Shown: positions 7,048 through 16,518 of the stretch, in pieces
Position numbering within the stretch: the stretch's first letter is position 1
How the letters are laid out: the number at the start of each line of letters is the position of its first letter
Assembly (NCBI GenBank): GCA_964354495.1
Contig: CAYHAA010000005.1
Coordinates: forward strand, 150,001-182,000
Reading direction: 5' to 3'
DNA: 32,000 nucleotides
Source: an uncultured archaeon
GTDB taxonomy: Archaea; Asgardarchaeota; Thorarchaeia; Thorarchaeales; Thorarchaeaceae
Program-made: the position numbers and the translations under genes
Notes under the pieces: generated by a model
Databases searched by the model: none
What the model was told of the DNA's origin: nothing
Seen by the model: the letters and a program-made list of their open reading frames with translations, nothing else

Positions 7048-9213
7048 TCAGGGCTTTCTTCTCGAAACGATTCTAAGCACGACAGCAGTACCTGCAACAC
7101 CAGACACAATAATGAGAGGTATATATGGCTCGATGAAAGCAGCCCCCGTACCTACAATAGCAGTCATAACGCCACCTTCAGCACTGTTCATCGCCCAATC
7201 CCATGCAACAATCCACAATGTCAAATTCGACTCATACGAAACTCCGGGAACTGAAACTGACCAGTTCAGATTTTCAAATGAGCACTCGTACGCGTGGGTC
7301 ATATTTCCATCTGCTCTTGCATAAAGCGTGACATTCTCAAGACCTGACTTATCGGTAACATGAGCCCAATAAACGAAGGATGTCGAGTTACTGATAGGAG
7401 GCGTTGTTCCCCAACTATCGATGACCGGAGGGGTTTCATCGGTTCTGGAATAGATCATACGCTTTGACCAATCCCTAGCAGAACACAGTTCTTTGTACGC
7501 TCCCATCCAATCCATCTGATTGTAGAGAGCGCGAGCATTCGCAAATGCTTGAATGGCGCGAGATTCCGCCATGAATGTCTTCTCAGGATCCTCAGGGCTG
7601 AGATACCCTTGTCTGAACACAAAGAAATTCCAGAGCTCTGCCTCCATCTGATCCAGATAGGTTCCCTGTACCCAGTTTCTGTCAAAGGACGATGTGCCAT
7701 TATGCATCCCAAAATAGACCAAGGGGCTATAGCTGAAGTCGCTGGCATAGTGCTCATGTTGCCATGTGTGAGAAAAGCCAATGGCATGCATTGATTCATG
7801 GAGCTCCATACTTGACACGCCTTCACGAGGCGTGACGTTGTCTGAATGGAAGTATCGCTCCATTGATTTGCACACTAGTGTCTGTCCGCCGTCTTGCCCA
7901 TTCAATCCAAGTCCCGTGTATGTCCCGTCACCATAGTACATGAGCATGTTCTTTCTGATGAAGACGACGCCATAGACATTGATGTTGTCGGGACCTGTCG
8001 CTATTCGATATGGCCTAACATTCTCGTATATGTGCTCCATTAGAGAACTGCCAGCCACCTGAGTCACTCCTTCAGTTGTGACCGTGGCAAATGCCCAAAA
8101 CGTGTTGTTCCAAAATGTACTAGTCTCACTATCAAGAAAGCTGACACTGACATGCCAATCGATGAATGGAAGCAGCTCCTCCAGGTGTGTTCTCTGCATT
8201 TCAGCATTAGTGACCCAATGAAAGTCATCAATAGAGTGACCATCATTTCCATCAATGTGTATTACTTCAACCTTCAACTCACCGGAGGCCACATATTTCG
8301 CAGGACTGTGTTGGTAGGGGAATAAGAGGCAGGATATGATATCATGCATGTAGTCTCTCAAATACTCGTTGAGGAACTGGACCCCCGCAGTTGTATTAAG
8401 GTCCAGCTCACGAGTCCTGTCTTCCAGGTCCTTTGTCCAATGACCATATTCCGTGGAGATGTAGTCTTGCCACCAAATTCGTGCCCATCGCAGATACCAT
8501 TGGTCAGCGGAGGGATCGAGTGCGTAGACATTTTCTCTCCCACCAATACCCGCATACTGCATCATTATTGGAGGGTTGATGCTGTAATCGAATTCGAGTC
8601 TGAACCAATTCTGAGAAACTCCTGTATCAGGATCCATTGGGTGATAGTCAAACCAATGCTCCATGCTATGGTCGGGTGCATCAAATTCTGAGAGATTCAG
8701 GAGATAGAAGTTGTAGCCGAAACTGGGTGGCGGAACAAATGGATTTTCCACAAGCCAATCCTCAACAGCATATCCATCTATCGAACGACCTGCGCGTTCA
8801 TCAAATACGCGAAGGGGAGTGTTGGGATTCACCCTCTGTATCGCTAAGGCAGACTCGTTGAGCTTCGTGCCAATGTCAGCACCCACAAGCGATTTCTCAA
8901 GTGCCAATTGTCGTAGAGAGTCTGCATAGGAATCAGTCGCATAATAGAGATTGTACTCGATGCTGTAAGTGATGGGAATCGTTTCTGTGTTATATCCCCT
9001 TTTCACAGGTAATGTCGCGAGTATAGCTGTTTCATTGATGAACAATGGATCGTAGTCCACTAGGATTACATTCGTAGTCCAATTTCGTTCAATGCTGGTA
9101 AGGGTCTGAGCGGTCTGAATCTGTTTGATGGGCAAGTCATGCCCAGCAATGGTTGAACTGGGGACAAAGGTGAAGGCGAGCGCAAGGATGATGAAGACTA
9201 CTGCCCATCGCAT
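7048..9213 (-). CDS. Secreted, C-terminally membrane-anchored metzincin-type Zn metalloprotease
   Basis: Signal peptide MRWAVVFIILALAFTFVPSSTIA, HExxHxxGxxH motif HESMHAIGFSH (nt 7768-7800), and a C-terminal TM helix with a basic tail (SRRKP). Confidence 0.75.
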   Translation of the reverse strand: MRWAVVFIILALAFTFVPSSTIAGHDLPIKQIQTAQTLTSIERNWTTNVILVDYDPLFINETAILATLPVKRGYNTETIPITYSIEYNLYYATDSYADSLRQLALEKSLVGADIGTKLNESALAIQRVNPNTPLRVFDERAGRSIDGYAVEDWLVENPFVPPPSFGYNFYLLNLSEFDAPDHSMEHWFDYHPMDPDTGVSQNWFRLEFDYSINPPIMMQYAGIGGRENVYALDPSADQWYLRWARIWWQDYISTEYGHWTKDLEDRTRELDLNTTAGVQFLNEYLRDYMHDIISCLLFPYQHSPAKYVASGELKVEVIHIDGNDGHSIDDFHWVTNAEMQRTHLEELLPFIDWHVSVSFLDSETSTFWNNTFWAFATVTTEGVTQVAGSSLMEHIYENVRPYRIATGPDNINVYGVVFIRKNMLMYYGDGTYTGLGLNGQDGGQTLVCKSMERYFHSDNVTPREGVSSMELHESMHAIGFSHTWQHEHYASDFSYSPLVYFGMHNGTSSFDRNWVQGTYLDQMEAELWNFFVFRQGYLSPEDPEKTFMAESRAIQAFANARALYNQMDWMGAYKELCSARDWSKRMIYSRTDETPPVIDSWGTTPPISNSTSFVYWAHVTDKSGLENVTLYARADGNMTHAYECSFENLNWSVSVPGVSYESNLTLWIVAWDWAMNSAEGGVMTAIVGTGAAFIEPYIPLIIVSGVAGTAVVLRIVSRRKP

Positions 9214-9310
9214 GTCCGTCTAGAATGCCTACGATTCATATTAACAACGTGGTTCACGCTCTTGGCTCCTAAGCCATAGAATCATCGAACTCTCATGTGT
9301 GAATGAGTGG

Positions 9311-9324
9311 ATTTCTTAAGAAAT
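9311..9324. promoter_or_regulatory. Perfect 14-bp palindrome ATTTCTTAAGAAAT in a divergent intergenic region
   Basis: Exactly self-complementary and roughly midway between the protease and beta-CASP start codons. Confidence 0.3.
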
Positions 9325-9413
9325 GGTTAATGACATAAATCAGAGAACAGCAGCACACCAAAATCAGCGGAAACCCTTTTGTGTAGCACTGCTCTATCAA
9401 AAGTGGTCGTCCC

Positions 9414-10418
9414 ATGTCAACACTCGATGTGAAGAAAATCGGATCAGGGGTTCTTCTCCGATATGGCGATGTCAGATTGGCATTTGACACTGGCATCAAG
9501 GGAGAAACCACTCTTCTGTCACATTCGCATTCAGATCATATCGGGGGACTGAAGTACGCACATGATATCATTGCCACTCAAGCGACGTTCGATACATGGA
9601 GCGCAAGAGGTACTGAGCCAGTGGCCAAGAAGACGGTGCTAGAAATCGATGACATGTTTGGGCAGATAGGAGTCAACATAACTCCGTTGAATGCAGGCCA
9701 TGTCCTTGGCTCAGCCATGTTCTACCTAGAGTTCAATGATGGACTCACAGTCCTCTATACGGGTGACTTCAACAATGTCGATAGTCTGGTTCACACAGCG
9801 GCGAAGCCTGTTGTAGCTGATGTCCTCATCACCGAAGCAACCTACGGTGAGCCAGCGTGGGTCTTCCCGGACAGAAGGAAGGTGTATGATAACATTCTGC
9901 AGGCAGCATCAGAAACCATAGCTGAGGGGCGTACTCCGGTATTCAGCGCATACTCCCTCGGTAAGTCACAGGAAGCAATCGCCCTCCTGCAAAGCGGAGG
10001 ATTCAGAGTCATAACTGGCAACACGAGCATTGACAGAGTGTGCAAGGTGTACGTCAATCATGGCGTGAGTCTCAAACATTATACCATGAAATCTGCCAAT
10101 GTATCTGAAGCCCTGGAATCAGGAGCTGTAGTGGTCACATCATCGCTTCGCAATACGATTGCCACAGCAAGACACCAGCTAGATAAGAGATCGATAGAAA
10201 GATTCGAGCAAAATATGGACACGTTCAATCTCTCAGGGTGGACCCTTGGAAAATTCGCAGAGCGAGGGTTCCCATTGAGCGCTCATTCAGACTTCCAAGG
10301 TCTGCTTGATTTTGCCAAGTCAGTCAACCCAAGAGTGGCGTATGTATTCACAGATAGAGCAGGCGTGTTTTCGAAGCATTTGTCAGATTCTGGTATCAAT
10401 GCGGTACCGCTAGAGTAG
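9414..10418 (+). CDS. MBL-fold beta-CASP ribonuclease (COG1236/aCPSF-like, no KH domains)
   Basis: Motifs LSHSHSDH, AGHVLGSAM, YTGDF, ITEATYG and SAHSD. Confidence 0.88.
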   Translation: MSTLDVKKIGSGVLLRYGDVRLAFDTGIKGETTLLSHSHSDHIGGLKYAHDIIATQATFDTWSARGTEPVAKKTVLEIDDMFGQIGVNITPLNAGHVLGSAMFYLEFNDGLTVLYTGDFNNVDSLVHTAAKPVVADVLITEATYGEPAWVFPDRRKVYDNILQAASETIAEGRTPVFSAYSLGKSQEAIALLQSGGFRVITGNTSIDRVCKVYVNHGVSLKHYTMKSANVSEALESGAVVVTSSLRNTIATARHQLDKRSIERFEQNMDTFNLSGWTLGKFAERGFPLSAHSDFQGLLDFAKSVNPRVAYVFTDRAGVFSKHLSDSGINAVPLE

Positions 10419-10982
10419 GTGGTAGAGTTGAACGAAGACAAGTCCGATATGGTAGAGCCGGTGCATGCAGATTCGTTCTATTCAGTTTCATCGACAGGAG
10501 AGATCCATGAACGTCTGTGCTTCGAATACCTTGATATGGATCGGTACTACTCGAAGGTGCTTCGTGATGAAAGACTTCTGGCCGATGAGGTAGAAAAACT
10601 CGCGGGAAGCCTGCAGTTTTTCCTAGACAAAGAACGAGTCGAGATTAATGGAATGGGAGCCAAGTCAAGAGTAGATTACTGTGATATATTTCTGAAGGGA
10701 ACGACAGACGTGGTTGCAGTAGTATACCTGATTGATTTCGCAGGGCATCTTCACAAAGGGCCGAATAAGATTGAAACTTGGGTTGAGGAAGAGACTGCAC
10801 CATACGATTTTGAGATCCTATGGAGGTTTCCCATGGGGACAAGGATTACCGAAGTAGAGACTATCCTCGAATACGAGATCTATGAGGACATTCTCAGCCT
10901 GTGGGCGTTGGAAGGCGAGGATGTAGGCGGATACGAGAGAATGATGTTCAACCTCCCGGAAAAAACCCTGAATAGACGGTGA
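10419..10982 (+). CDS. Hypothetical acidic protein
   Basis: Long ORF inside a co-oriented run. The start is uncertain: GTG 10419, TTG 10428 or ATG 10449. No family recognised. Confidence 0.7.
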   Translation: MVELNEDKSDMVEPVHADSFYSVSSTGEIHERLCFEYLDMDRYYSKVLRDERLLADEVEKLAGSLQFFLDKERVEINGMGAKSRVDYCDIFLKGTTDVVAVVYLIDFAGHLHKGPNKIETWVEEETAPYDFEILWRFPMGTRITEVETILEYEIYEDILSLWALEGEDVGGYERMMFNLPEKTLNRR

Positions 10983-10988
10983 ACCATC

Positions 10989-11237
10989 GTGCAGGTGACA
11001 TGGCTCGTTCAGGTTCTTGGGTGGGCTCTTCTCATTACGGGCATTCTCTGTGTCATCGTTGCACTTGGTCTGGCTGTACTGAGATCAGAGCCTGGTGAGG
11101 AGCGGAAGACGGAGAGCAAAGGCATTGTATTGTTGGGACCAATACCGATAGTATGGGGCTATGGGAGAAAAGGGTGGTTAGTTGCAGGAATCATTGGATT
11201 GATACTCTGTCTTCTATGGCTGGTATTCTTTCTTTAG
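10989..11237 (+). CDS. DUF131 / TIGR00304 family small membrane protein
   Basis: Two TM helices flanking the family signature GIVLLGPIPIVWG. Confidence 0.85.
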   Translation: MQVTWLVQVLGWALLITGILCVIVALGLAVLRSEPGEERKTESKGIVLLGPIPIVWGYGRKGWLVAGIIGLILCLLWLVFFL

Positions 11238-11491
11238 CCATTCCAGCCACATTCTGGGCAGAAGTTGCTTCCTTTGAGAATTCTGACAATCTTACCATTC
11301 GGGAGGCATTCTGGACAGAGCCCGATATGCTTGCCACATGTCGGACATAGATCTTTTCGATTGAGGTCGCGAATACAGGTTATGGTTCCGCATGAAGAGC
11401 ATTTGACAGCGTGGTCTGGACAGAACTCGTTGTGACACCTATCGCAGCGGATTTTTGCCTTCTCTCGACAGACTGTGCACGACTTTGGCAT
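11234..11491 (-). CDS. Small Cys-rich multi-zinc-finger protein (AN1/B-box-like N-terminus)
   Basis: Likely start MPKSCTVC at 11491; the ORF track extends to 11596. 85 aa with 14 Cys: CxxC-x7-CxxC-x4-CxxH, then CxxC-x4-CxxD and three more CPxC. Confidence 0.75.
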   Translation of the reverse strand: MPKSCTVCREKAKIRCDRCHNEFCPDHAVKCSSCGTITCIRDLNRKDLCPTCGKHIGLCPECLPNGKIVRILKGSNFCPECGWNG

Positions 11492-11619
11492 CCTTATGGC
11501 CCCAGCATGTTGCCTTGATATTGACCAAATAAGTCTAGCCCTACATATGCTAGTAATACACAAGCCATACCAAGGCTCATAGACTAATGAAATCACAGAA
11601 TATGAGGAGACTATCAGAC

Positions 11620-11880
11620 ATGATCTTCATCTGCAGAAATTGTGGCAAGAGCACAGTAGATATCGATATGGTCCTTGATGGTGAATGCAGTTGTGGATGC
11701 TCACATTTTCAGTTGGTATCCGAGGACCGTTCTGAACTGCCTGTGCCTTTGGAAGACAAGGAAACAATTAGACGAGACCTTCACAAATGGATAGATCTTA
11801 ACATTGATTCTATGCCCCCTGAGCTTGTCGGCAATATCAGGGTTCTCTTCGAGATAGAGAAGGACAACCTCACGTCGTAG
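11620..11880 (+). CDS. Small Zn-ribbon protein (OapC/DUF2072-like N-terminus)
   Basis: Likely start MIFICRNCG at 11620 behind GAGGAG. Pattern CRNCG...DMVLDGECSCGCSHFQLV. Confidence 0.6.
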   Translation: MIFICRNCGKSTVDIDMVLDGECSCGCSHFQLVSEDRSELPVPLEDKETIRRDLHKWIDLNIDSMPPELVGNIRVLFEIEKDNLTS

Positions 11881-14506
11881 TTTTGTTCTGTTCGACCTCC
11901 TGATGGTCTAGAGGTCGTTCGATTCTCGCAATCTGGCCATCAATCTCCTCACTGAGATCGGTCTTGCCGGCTACGTCAGCAATCCGCTGCACTGCCTTCA
12001 GACTATGAATGAGCGAGTCAAGCCAAGAGAAGAGGTCACCAGGGTATGCCCATAGTTCGAACTCTCTCTCAAGTCTATCAGCCAGCCCGGATGGATTGTA
12101 GCCCTCATGTCTTCTCTCGATAAGCCAGCGCCCCAATTTTACCTGCCCGTGGTCACACTCTGGAAAATCGCGACAGCCACAGTTGAAGAAAGCGATGGTC
12201 CATTTGCTGAAGACCTCAAAGACCCACTGAGGCAGTCTTCCTGCTCCGCTACCCGGTTTGGTCAGACTGCTTATTTCTCCAAATACACCTGAGAACAATC
12301 GAGTGGGCATATGTGTCCTGAAGGCCGAGTTGATCTCTTCCTGCAGTTTGTTACTCAAGTAAATGTTCTCAAACGGCTCGAGCATCAACGCGATATCCAG
12401 CACATCATACGAGGCCGTGAGCTTTGTGACCTCCAGACCCATACTAGGGGTCAAGAAGGAGAGTGAAGTTGCGCGACCAAGCTCTGTCGGATAGGCTCCT
12501 CCTTCCTTCACCCGAATCATGTGGGTCTTGACCAGATGCTTCAATGCGTCAGATGGAGGTACAGACATCGAAAGCATGCTCTTGTATGCCCGCGCAATTG
12601 ACTTCAGGTCGACAAGATTAGTAGAGCATATGGTTGCTAGAATCTGCTCAGCACATGCTTCCTTATCGGCAAAGGGCTCAACGTCTTCGATTATTCCATT
12701 GAGCAGACGCACTGCCACTTCATCTTCGGTTCCATCTTGCCCACTATGATATTTTCGCTCGGGCTGAACTATCACATAGACCTTGCCGCGGTCATGTTTG
12801 CCGAGTCGGCCGGCACGACCTAGCATCTGTTCGAATTCAGCATTGGTAAGCCAATCAGCGCCCATTGCGAGGGTCTCAAAGATTACCTGAGATGCAGGTA
12901 GGTCCACACCAGCTCCCAAAGCTGCTGTTGTCACGACGCATGCGAACTTCTGCCTGTCATATGCTCTCTCGATTCCTCTCCTCTGGTTATATGGAAGGCC
13001 GCCGTGATATACGGTAGACGATACATGCTGTTCACGGAGCCAATCATTCAAATCCTGAGCACGCCGTCGGGAGAACGTGAATATGATGGACTGCCCCTTG
13101 TTCCCAAAAGTACTCGTGTGTTTGAACTCCTGGCTAACAAGACGACGGATGATGGACCACTTGTCTTCATCACTTCTCGCGAAGACAAGATGCTTCTCCA
13201 GAGGAACTGGACGTCCTTCAAAGTTTACAAGCTTGAAGCCAAGTTCTTTTGCCAAAGATGCTGGTGAGCCAACTGTAGCTGAGAGTGCGAGGTATTGCGC
13301 CTTAGGATAGTGTAGACGCATCCGCGTAAGAAGGCCATCGAGTTCAGGACCACGCTCGGGGTCTGCAAGATTCTGAATCTCATCAATGATTACGGTGCCG
13401 ACATCACCAAGATCGCTCATACTCCCAGACCGAAAAAGGAAGTCCAACGCTTCATATGTGGCACAGATGATATTCGCCTTGCTGATGTCAGTATCGACAA
13501 TTGGTTTTCCCTCGTTTCCCACATCAAGGCGCGACATTCCGACCTTGATACCTGTGCGGAGACCAAGTGAGCGATATCTCTTCCTAAACAGCTCATACTT
13601 TTCGTTTGTCAGTGCAACGAGGGGGGACATGTAGACCATCTTCTTGCCCTGCATAGCCTTGGGGATTCCTGCGAGTTCACCCAAGAGGGTCTTTCCTGAT
13701 GAGGTGGAGGACACGATTAGGAGTGATGCGTTGTTCAAGAGACCTGAGTCAACAGTCTTTCGTTGAATGGGAAGGAGTATTTCCAATCCAGCCTCTTTGA
13801 GTACCTTCTTGAATTCGTCTGGGATTGGGAGTTCCCCGATGTCTTTCTTTGTGCCTACGTCCTGGGCAACAACCGTGTCAATGAGAGTGAGATCAGGTTC
13901 TGCAATTGGATCGAATCCTGGGGTCAACATCTCTAGAAGCCGAGGGACGGATTTGATGCGTGATACCTGCCGTTCCAACTGATTCATCATTGCTCGGGAC
14001 AGAGATATACCAAGAGTCTTTAGCTCAGTATTCAGATCAACTTGAGCGCACGATAAACAGGTTACCTGTTCTGCAGTCAGCTTTACTGCATTTCGTCTAG
14101 TCAGAACCGTGAGCTTGTCATCGCGCAGGCAATGTTGGCAGGTTGGAACAACCCTCGCATCCGAAGCGCTTATCCGCTCTAGAAAGGTCTTCAGGTCCTC
14201 AAGGAATCCAGGTGTCTGTTCCTTGGGAATAATGATGCCCTTTGCCTTTCTCAGAATCTCATTGGCCTCTTTGGGTTGGTAGTAGAGGGGTTTGTTATAC
14301 TTGACAAACCAGAATCGTTTTGCCTCCAGCATTTCGGAAGCTCGGTATTCAAATTCAATCATGCCACCTAGTACTGAACGCTGACGGTCTCTCAGCTCGT
14401 CGGAGAACACATCGACCCTAGTCGCCATATCTTGCTTAGCAGCTCTAATGACAAGCACATAGGGTTTCAAGAGCCGTTTTTGAACATCAGCATCAGCTAC
14501 TTCCAA
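11870..14506 (-). CDS. Archaea-specific SF2 Ski2-like helicase (COG1202/ASH-Ski2, DUF5814-type C-terminus)
   Basis: TTG start. Motif I TSSGKT, II DEIQ, III LSAT, V TTAALGAGVD and VI QMLGRAGR. N-terminal CQHC...CLSC, and C-terminal CGCRDFPEC...AYPGDLFSWLD. Confidence 0.88.
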   Translation of the reverse strand: MEVADADVQKRLLKPYVLVIRAAKQDMATRVDVFSDELRDRQRSVLGGMIEFEYRASEMLEAKRFWFVKYNKPLYYQPKEANEILRKAKGIIIPKEQTPGFLEDLKTFLERISASDARVVPTCQHCLRDDKLTVLTRRNAVKLTAEQVTCLSCAQVDLNTELKTLGISLSRAMMNQLERQVSRIKSVPRLLEMLTPGFDPIAEPDLTLIDTVVAQDVGTKKDIGELPIPDEFKKVLKEAGLEILLPIQRKTVDSGLLNNASLLIVSSTSSGKTLLGELAGIPKAMQGKKMVYMSPLVALTNEKYELFRKRYRSLGLRTGIKVGMSRLDVGNEGKPIVDTDISKANIICATYEALDFLFRSGSMSDLGDVGTVIIDEIQNLADPERGPELDGLLTRMRLHYPKAQYLALSATVGSPASLAKELGFKLVNFEGRPVPLEKHLVFARSDEDKWSIIRRLVSQEFKHTSTFGNKGQSIIFTFSRRRAQDLNDWLREQHVSSTVYHGGLPYNQRRGIERAYDRQKFACVVTTAALGAGVDLPASQVIFETLAMGADWLTNAEFEQMLGRAGRLGKHDRGKVYVIVQPERKYHSGQDGTEDEVAVRLLNGIIEDVEPFADKEACAEQILATICSTNLVDLKSIARAYKSMLSMSVPPSDALKHLVKTHMIRVKEGGAYPTELGRATSLSFLTPSMGLEVTKLTASYDVLDIALMLEPFENIYLSNKLQEEINSAFRTHMPTRLFSGVFGEISSLTKPGSGAGRLPQWVFEVFSKWTIAFFNCGCRDFPECDHGQVKLGRWLIERRHEGYNPSGLADRLEREFELWAYPGDLFSWLDSLIHSLKAVQRIADVAGKTDLSEEIDGQIARIERPLDHQEVEQNKTTT

Positions 14507-14557
14507 TCAACTTCCTCAGGATTGAGAAATCTCTGACCTAGAAGACACTTGTGGTCC

Positions 14558-15331
14558 TCACATTTCAAAAATGAACTTCTTTCTATTCTTCTCAACCAAG
14601 CCAAGCGTCTCTTGGTATTCTTCTCCGATAGCTTCCATGCCAGTCTTGGAGTCCGTGCCTGCCTTCTCAACGATCATCCAGTCGGTCATGACCTCGATAT
14701 CGGAGAAGCCAGTAAATCGATGAAACGGAGTCGCAAGCACCTTTGAGAGTTCAGGACGCTGCTGTCGTAGTCGGGGATAATTCTCAATGAAGGGGCGGTA
14801 GATATGGCCGCTTGTACCACCGAGAATGAATCTTGCACGCTGTTCTCCAGATATGTGAGAGACCTTGATGCGCTTGAACATCTCCTGATAGTACAGAGTT
14901 TGAGGAATGCCTGCCTCGACCTTGATTTTTGCTAGGGCATCTCCTGCAAGGACATTTCCTCGCTCAATAACAAGGTTTTGAATCAGAGTCACAATCTCTT
15001 CTTGTCTTCCTGTTCCTAGAGGATCGATGACCTCAGGCGTCACTATGTCCACCTGCGGAAGAGGCTCATCAAGCCGGAGTTGCGTTGGATCGAACATCAG
15101 AGCAGAGATGAACTCCTGTACACCAACATTGATGTTCCTTTTTCTTGCGGTGCCCTTGAAAATGCCAGGTCCAATTAGGACCGAGTAGACCTCCGTATCA
15201 CGGATTATAGACCATAGTTGTGTTGAGAGGATAAGTGCAGTACCGGACAAGTCAGCACCACGAAATGCATCTACACTGAAGTCGTAGGTTTCCACATCAA
15301 TCAACCAATAGAGGGGGGTCTTCTCCTTCAA
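14558..15331 (-). CDS. Hypothetical protein
   Basis: 257-aa ORF whose TTG start overlaps the upstream TGA (TTGA). No family recognised. Confidence 0.75.
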   Translation of the reverse strand: MKEKTPLYWLIDVETYDFSVDAFRGADLSGTALILSTQLWSIIRDTEVYSVLIGPGIFKGTARKRNINVGVQEFISALMFDPTQLRLDEPLPQVDIVTPEVIDPLGTGRQEEIVTLIQNLVIERGNVLAGDALAKIKVEAGIPQTLYYQEMFKRIKVSHISGEQRARFILGGTSGHIYRPFIENYPRLRQQRPELSKVLATPFHRFTGFSDIEVMTDWMIVEKAGTDSKTGMEAIGEEYQETLGLVEKNRKKFIFEM

Positions 15332-16518
15332 TGCATCAGATCCTCCGCATATACGTGAGTGTCAACAAAATCATGCACTAGCCTGACAGCGATTGTATCC
15401 CGTTCGGATAGCGGCGCCTCGGATATCTGTACTTTTGCAGAGGCTATTACGCTATCGAGAGGAACATCTGCGAGTTTGAATCGCTCTTTAATCTCATTGA
15501 GGCATTTCTCAACACAAGCCGTCAGGTCATTGCCTTGATACTTCAGAACCCTAATCACACGCCCAATTTTCTCTAACAAGTATTCTGCTCGTTCGTCACC
15601 CTTTCTTCTTCTTGCCAGCTTCACATCGCGCTCCAGAAAATCAAAGGGAGATATCAGATCAGGTTCGGCTTTATTGCCTCTGGTGGAACTGACGCCGATA
15701 TCCACAAAGGGAGACCGATCACCCCGCCCAGTTGTGGGACGGGGTATGAGATGAATAAGAAGATGTGCGATGGCTCTGAGTGGCAGTCTGTCAAGTGGTC
15801 GTCCGAGTTCATCAATGAGAGCGTCGAGACGTGCGATTGACGCATCAATTGTGAATGAGTCTGTAACTCCTATCAGTGACTCTCGTATCAATCGAAAGTG
15901 AGCTTGATTCCGTCGTAGGACCTGTTTGAACTTCCCAGTCAGTGTGCTTCGATTCCATTTTGTTATTGCTTGTCCGAATGTTGTCAAAGCATCGACGCTG
16001 GCAGACTTTGGATGCTCTTTGACCCACTCTTCGAGAATGGGTGAAATGAAAGACTCGGCTAGCTTGGTACGCTCAGCAATGATTGAGAGCCCCTTTTCAA
16101 CTCCCATGTTCTTTGAATCAATCACATCTTCAAGGTTCGCTAGACTTCGACCTTGCAGCTCCAACTGCCTAGAGAAGCGTCCATAGAGGTGTGAAATCCA
16201 TCGACCCTCACTGAGTGCGAACTCCATCACGTTACCAGGCAAGTTCGGCACATCTTCAGCAACAGAGGCGCGACGTGCTAGTTCCGTAGTAAACAAATCC
16301 ACAGCAGAACGGAGACCTGTGATTCCATCCATATTGATCAGGTAAGCGACCATGGCGACTTCAAGAGGGCAAGAGAGCTCCTCCGAGATCTTTCTGGCCT
16401 CTGCATCAGGAACACGTTTTACTCGTTCTCTTAGATTAGCATAGGTGTCTGTGAATTCCTCTATTAGCCTTTGACGACTCTCCATTGCAAGCTTCTGAAT
16501 GTCGATTTCGGGCAACAT
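15328..16518 (-). CDS. Hypothetical, largely alpha-helical protein
   Basis: 396-aa ORF with amphipathic helical periodicity and an upstream GAGG. No family recognised. Confidence 0.8.
   Translation of the reverse strand: MLPEIDIQKLAMESRQRLIEEFTDTYANLRERVKRVPDAEARKISEELSCPLEVAMVAYLINMDGITGLRSAVDLFTTELARRASVAEDVPNLPGNVMEFALSEGRWISHLYGRFSRQLELQGRSLANLEDVIDSKNMGVEKGLSIIAERTKLAESFISPILEEWVKEHPKSASVDALTTFGQAITKWNRSTLTGKFKQVLRRNQAHFRLIRESLIGVTDSFTIDASIARLDALIDELGRPLDRLPLRAIAHLLIHLIPRPTTGRGDRSPFVDIGVSSTRGNKAEPDLISPFDFLERDVKLARRRKGDERAEYLLEKIGRVIRVLKYQGNDLTACVEKCLNEIKERFKLADVPLDSVIASAKVQISEAPLSERDTIAVRLVHDFVDTHVYAEDLMH

Noticed and set aside
14558-15331. PIN-domain reading of the 257-aa protein from its N-terminal WLIDVET strand
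   Set aside because: I could not place the remaining conserved acidic PIN residues, so it is left as hypothetical.
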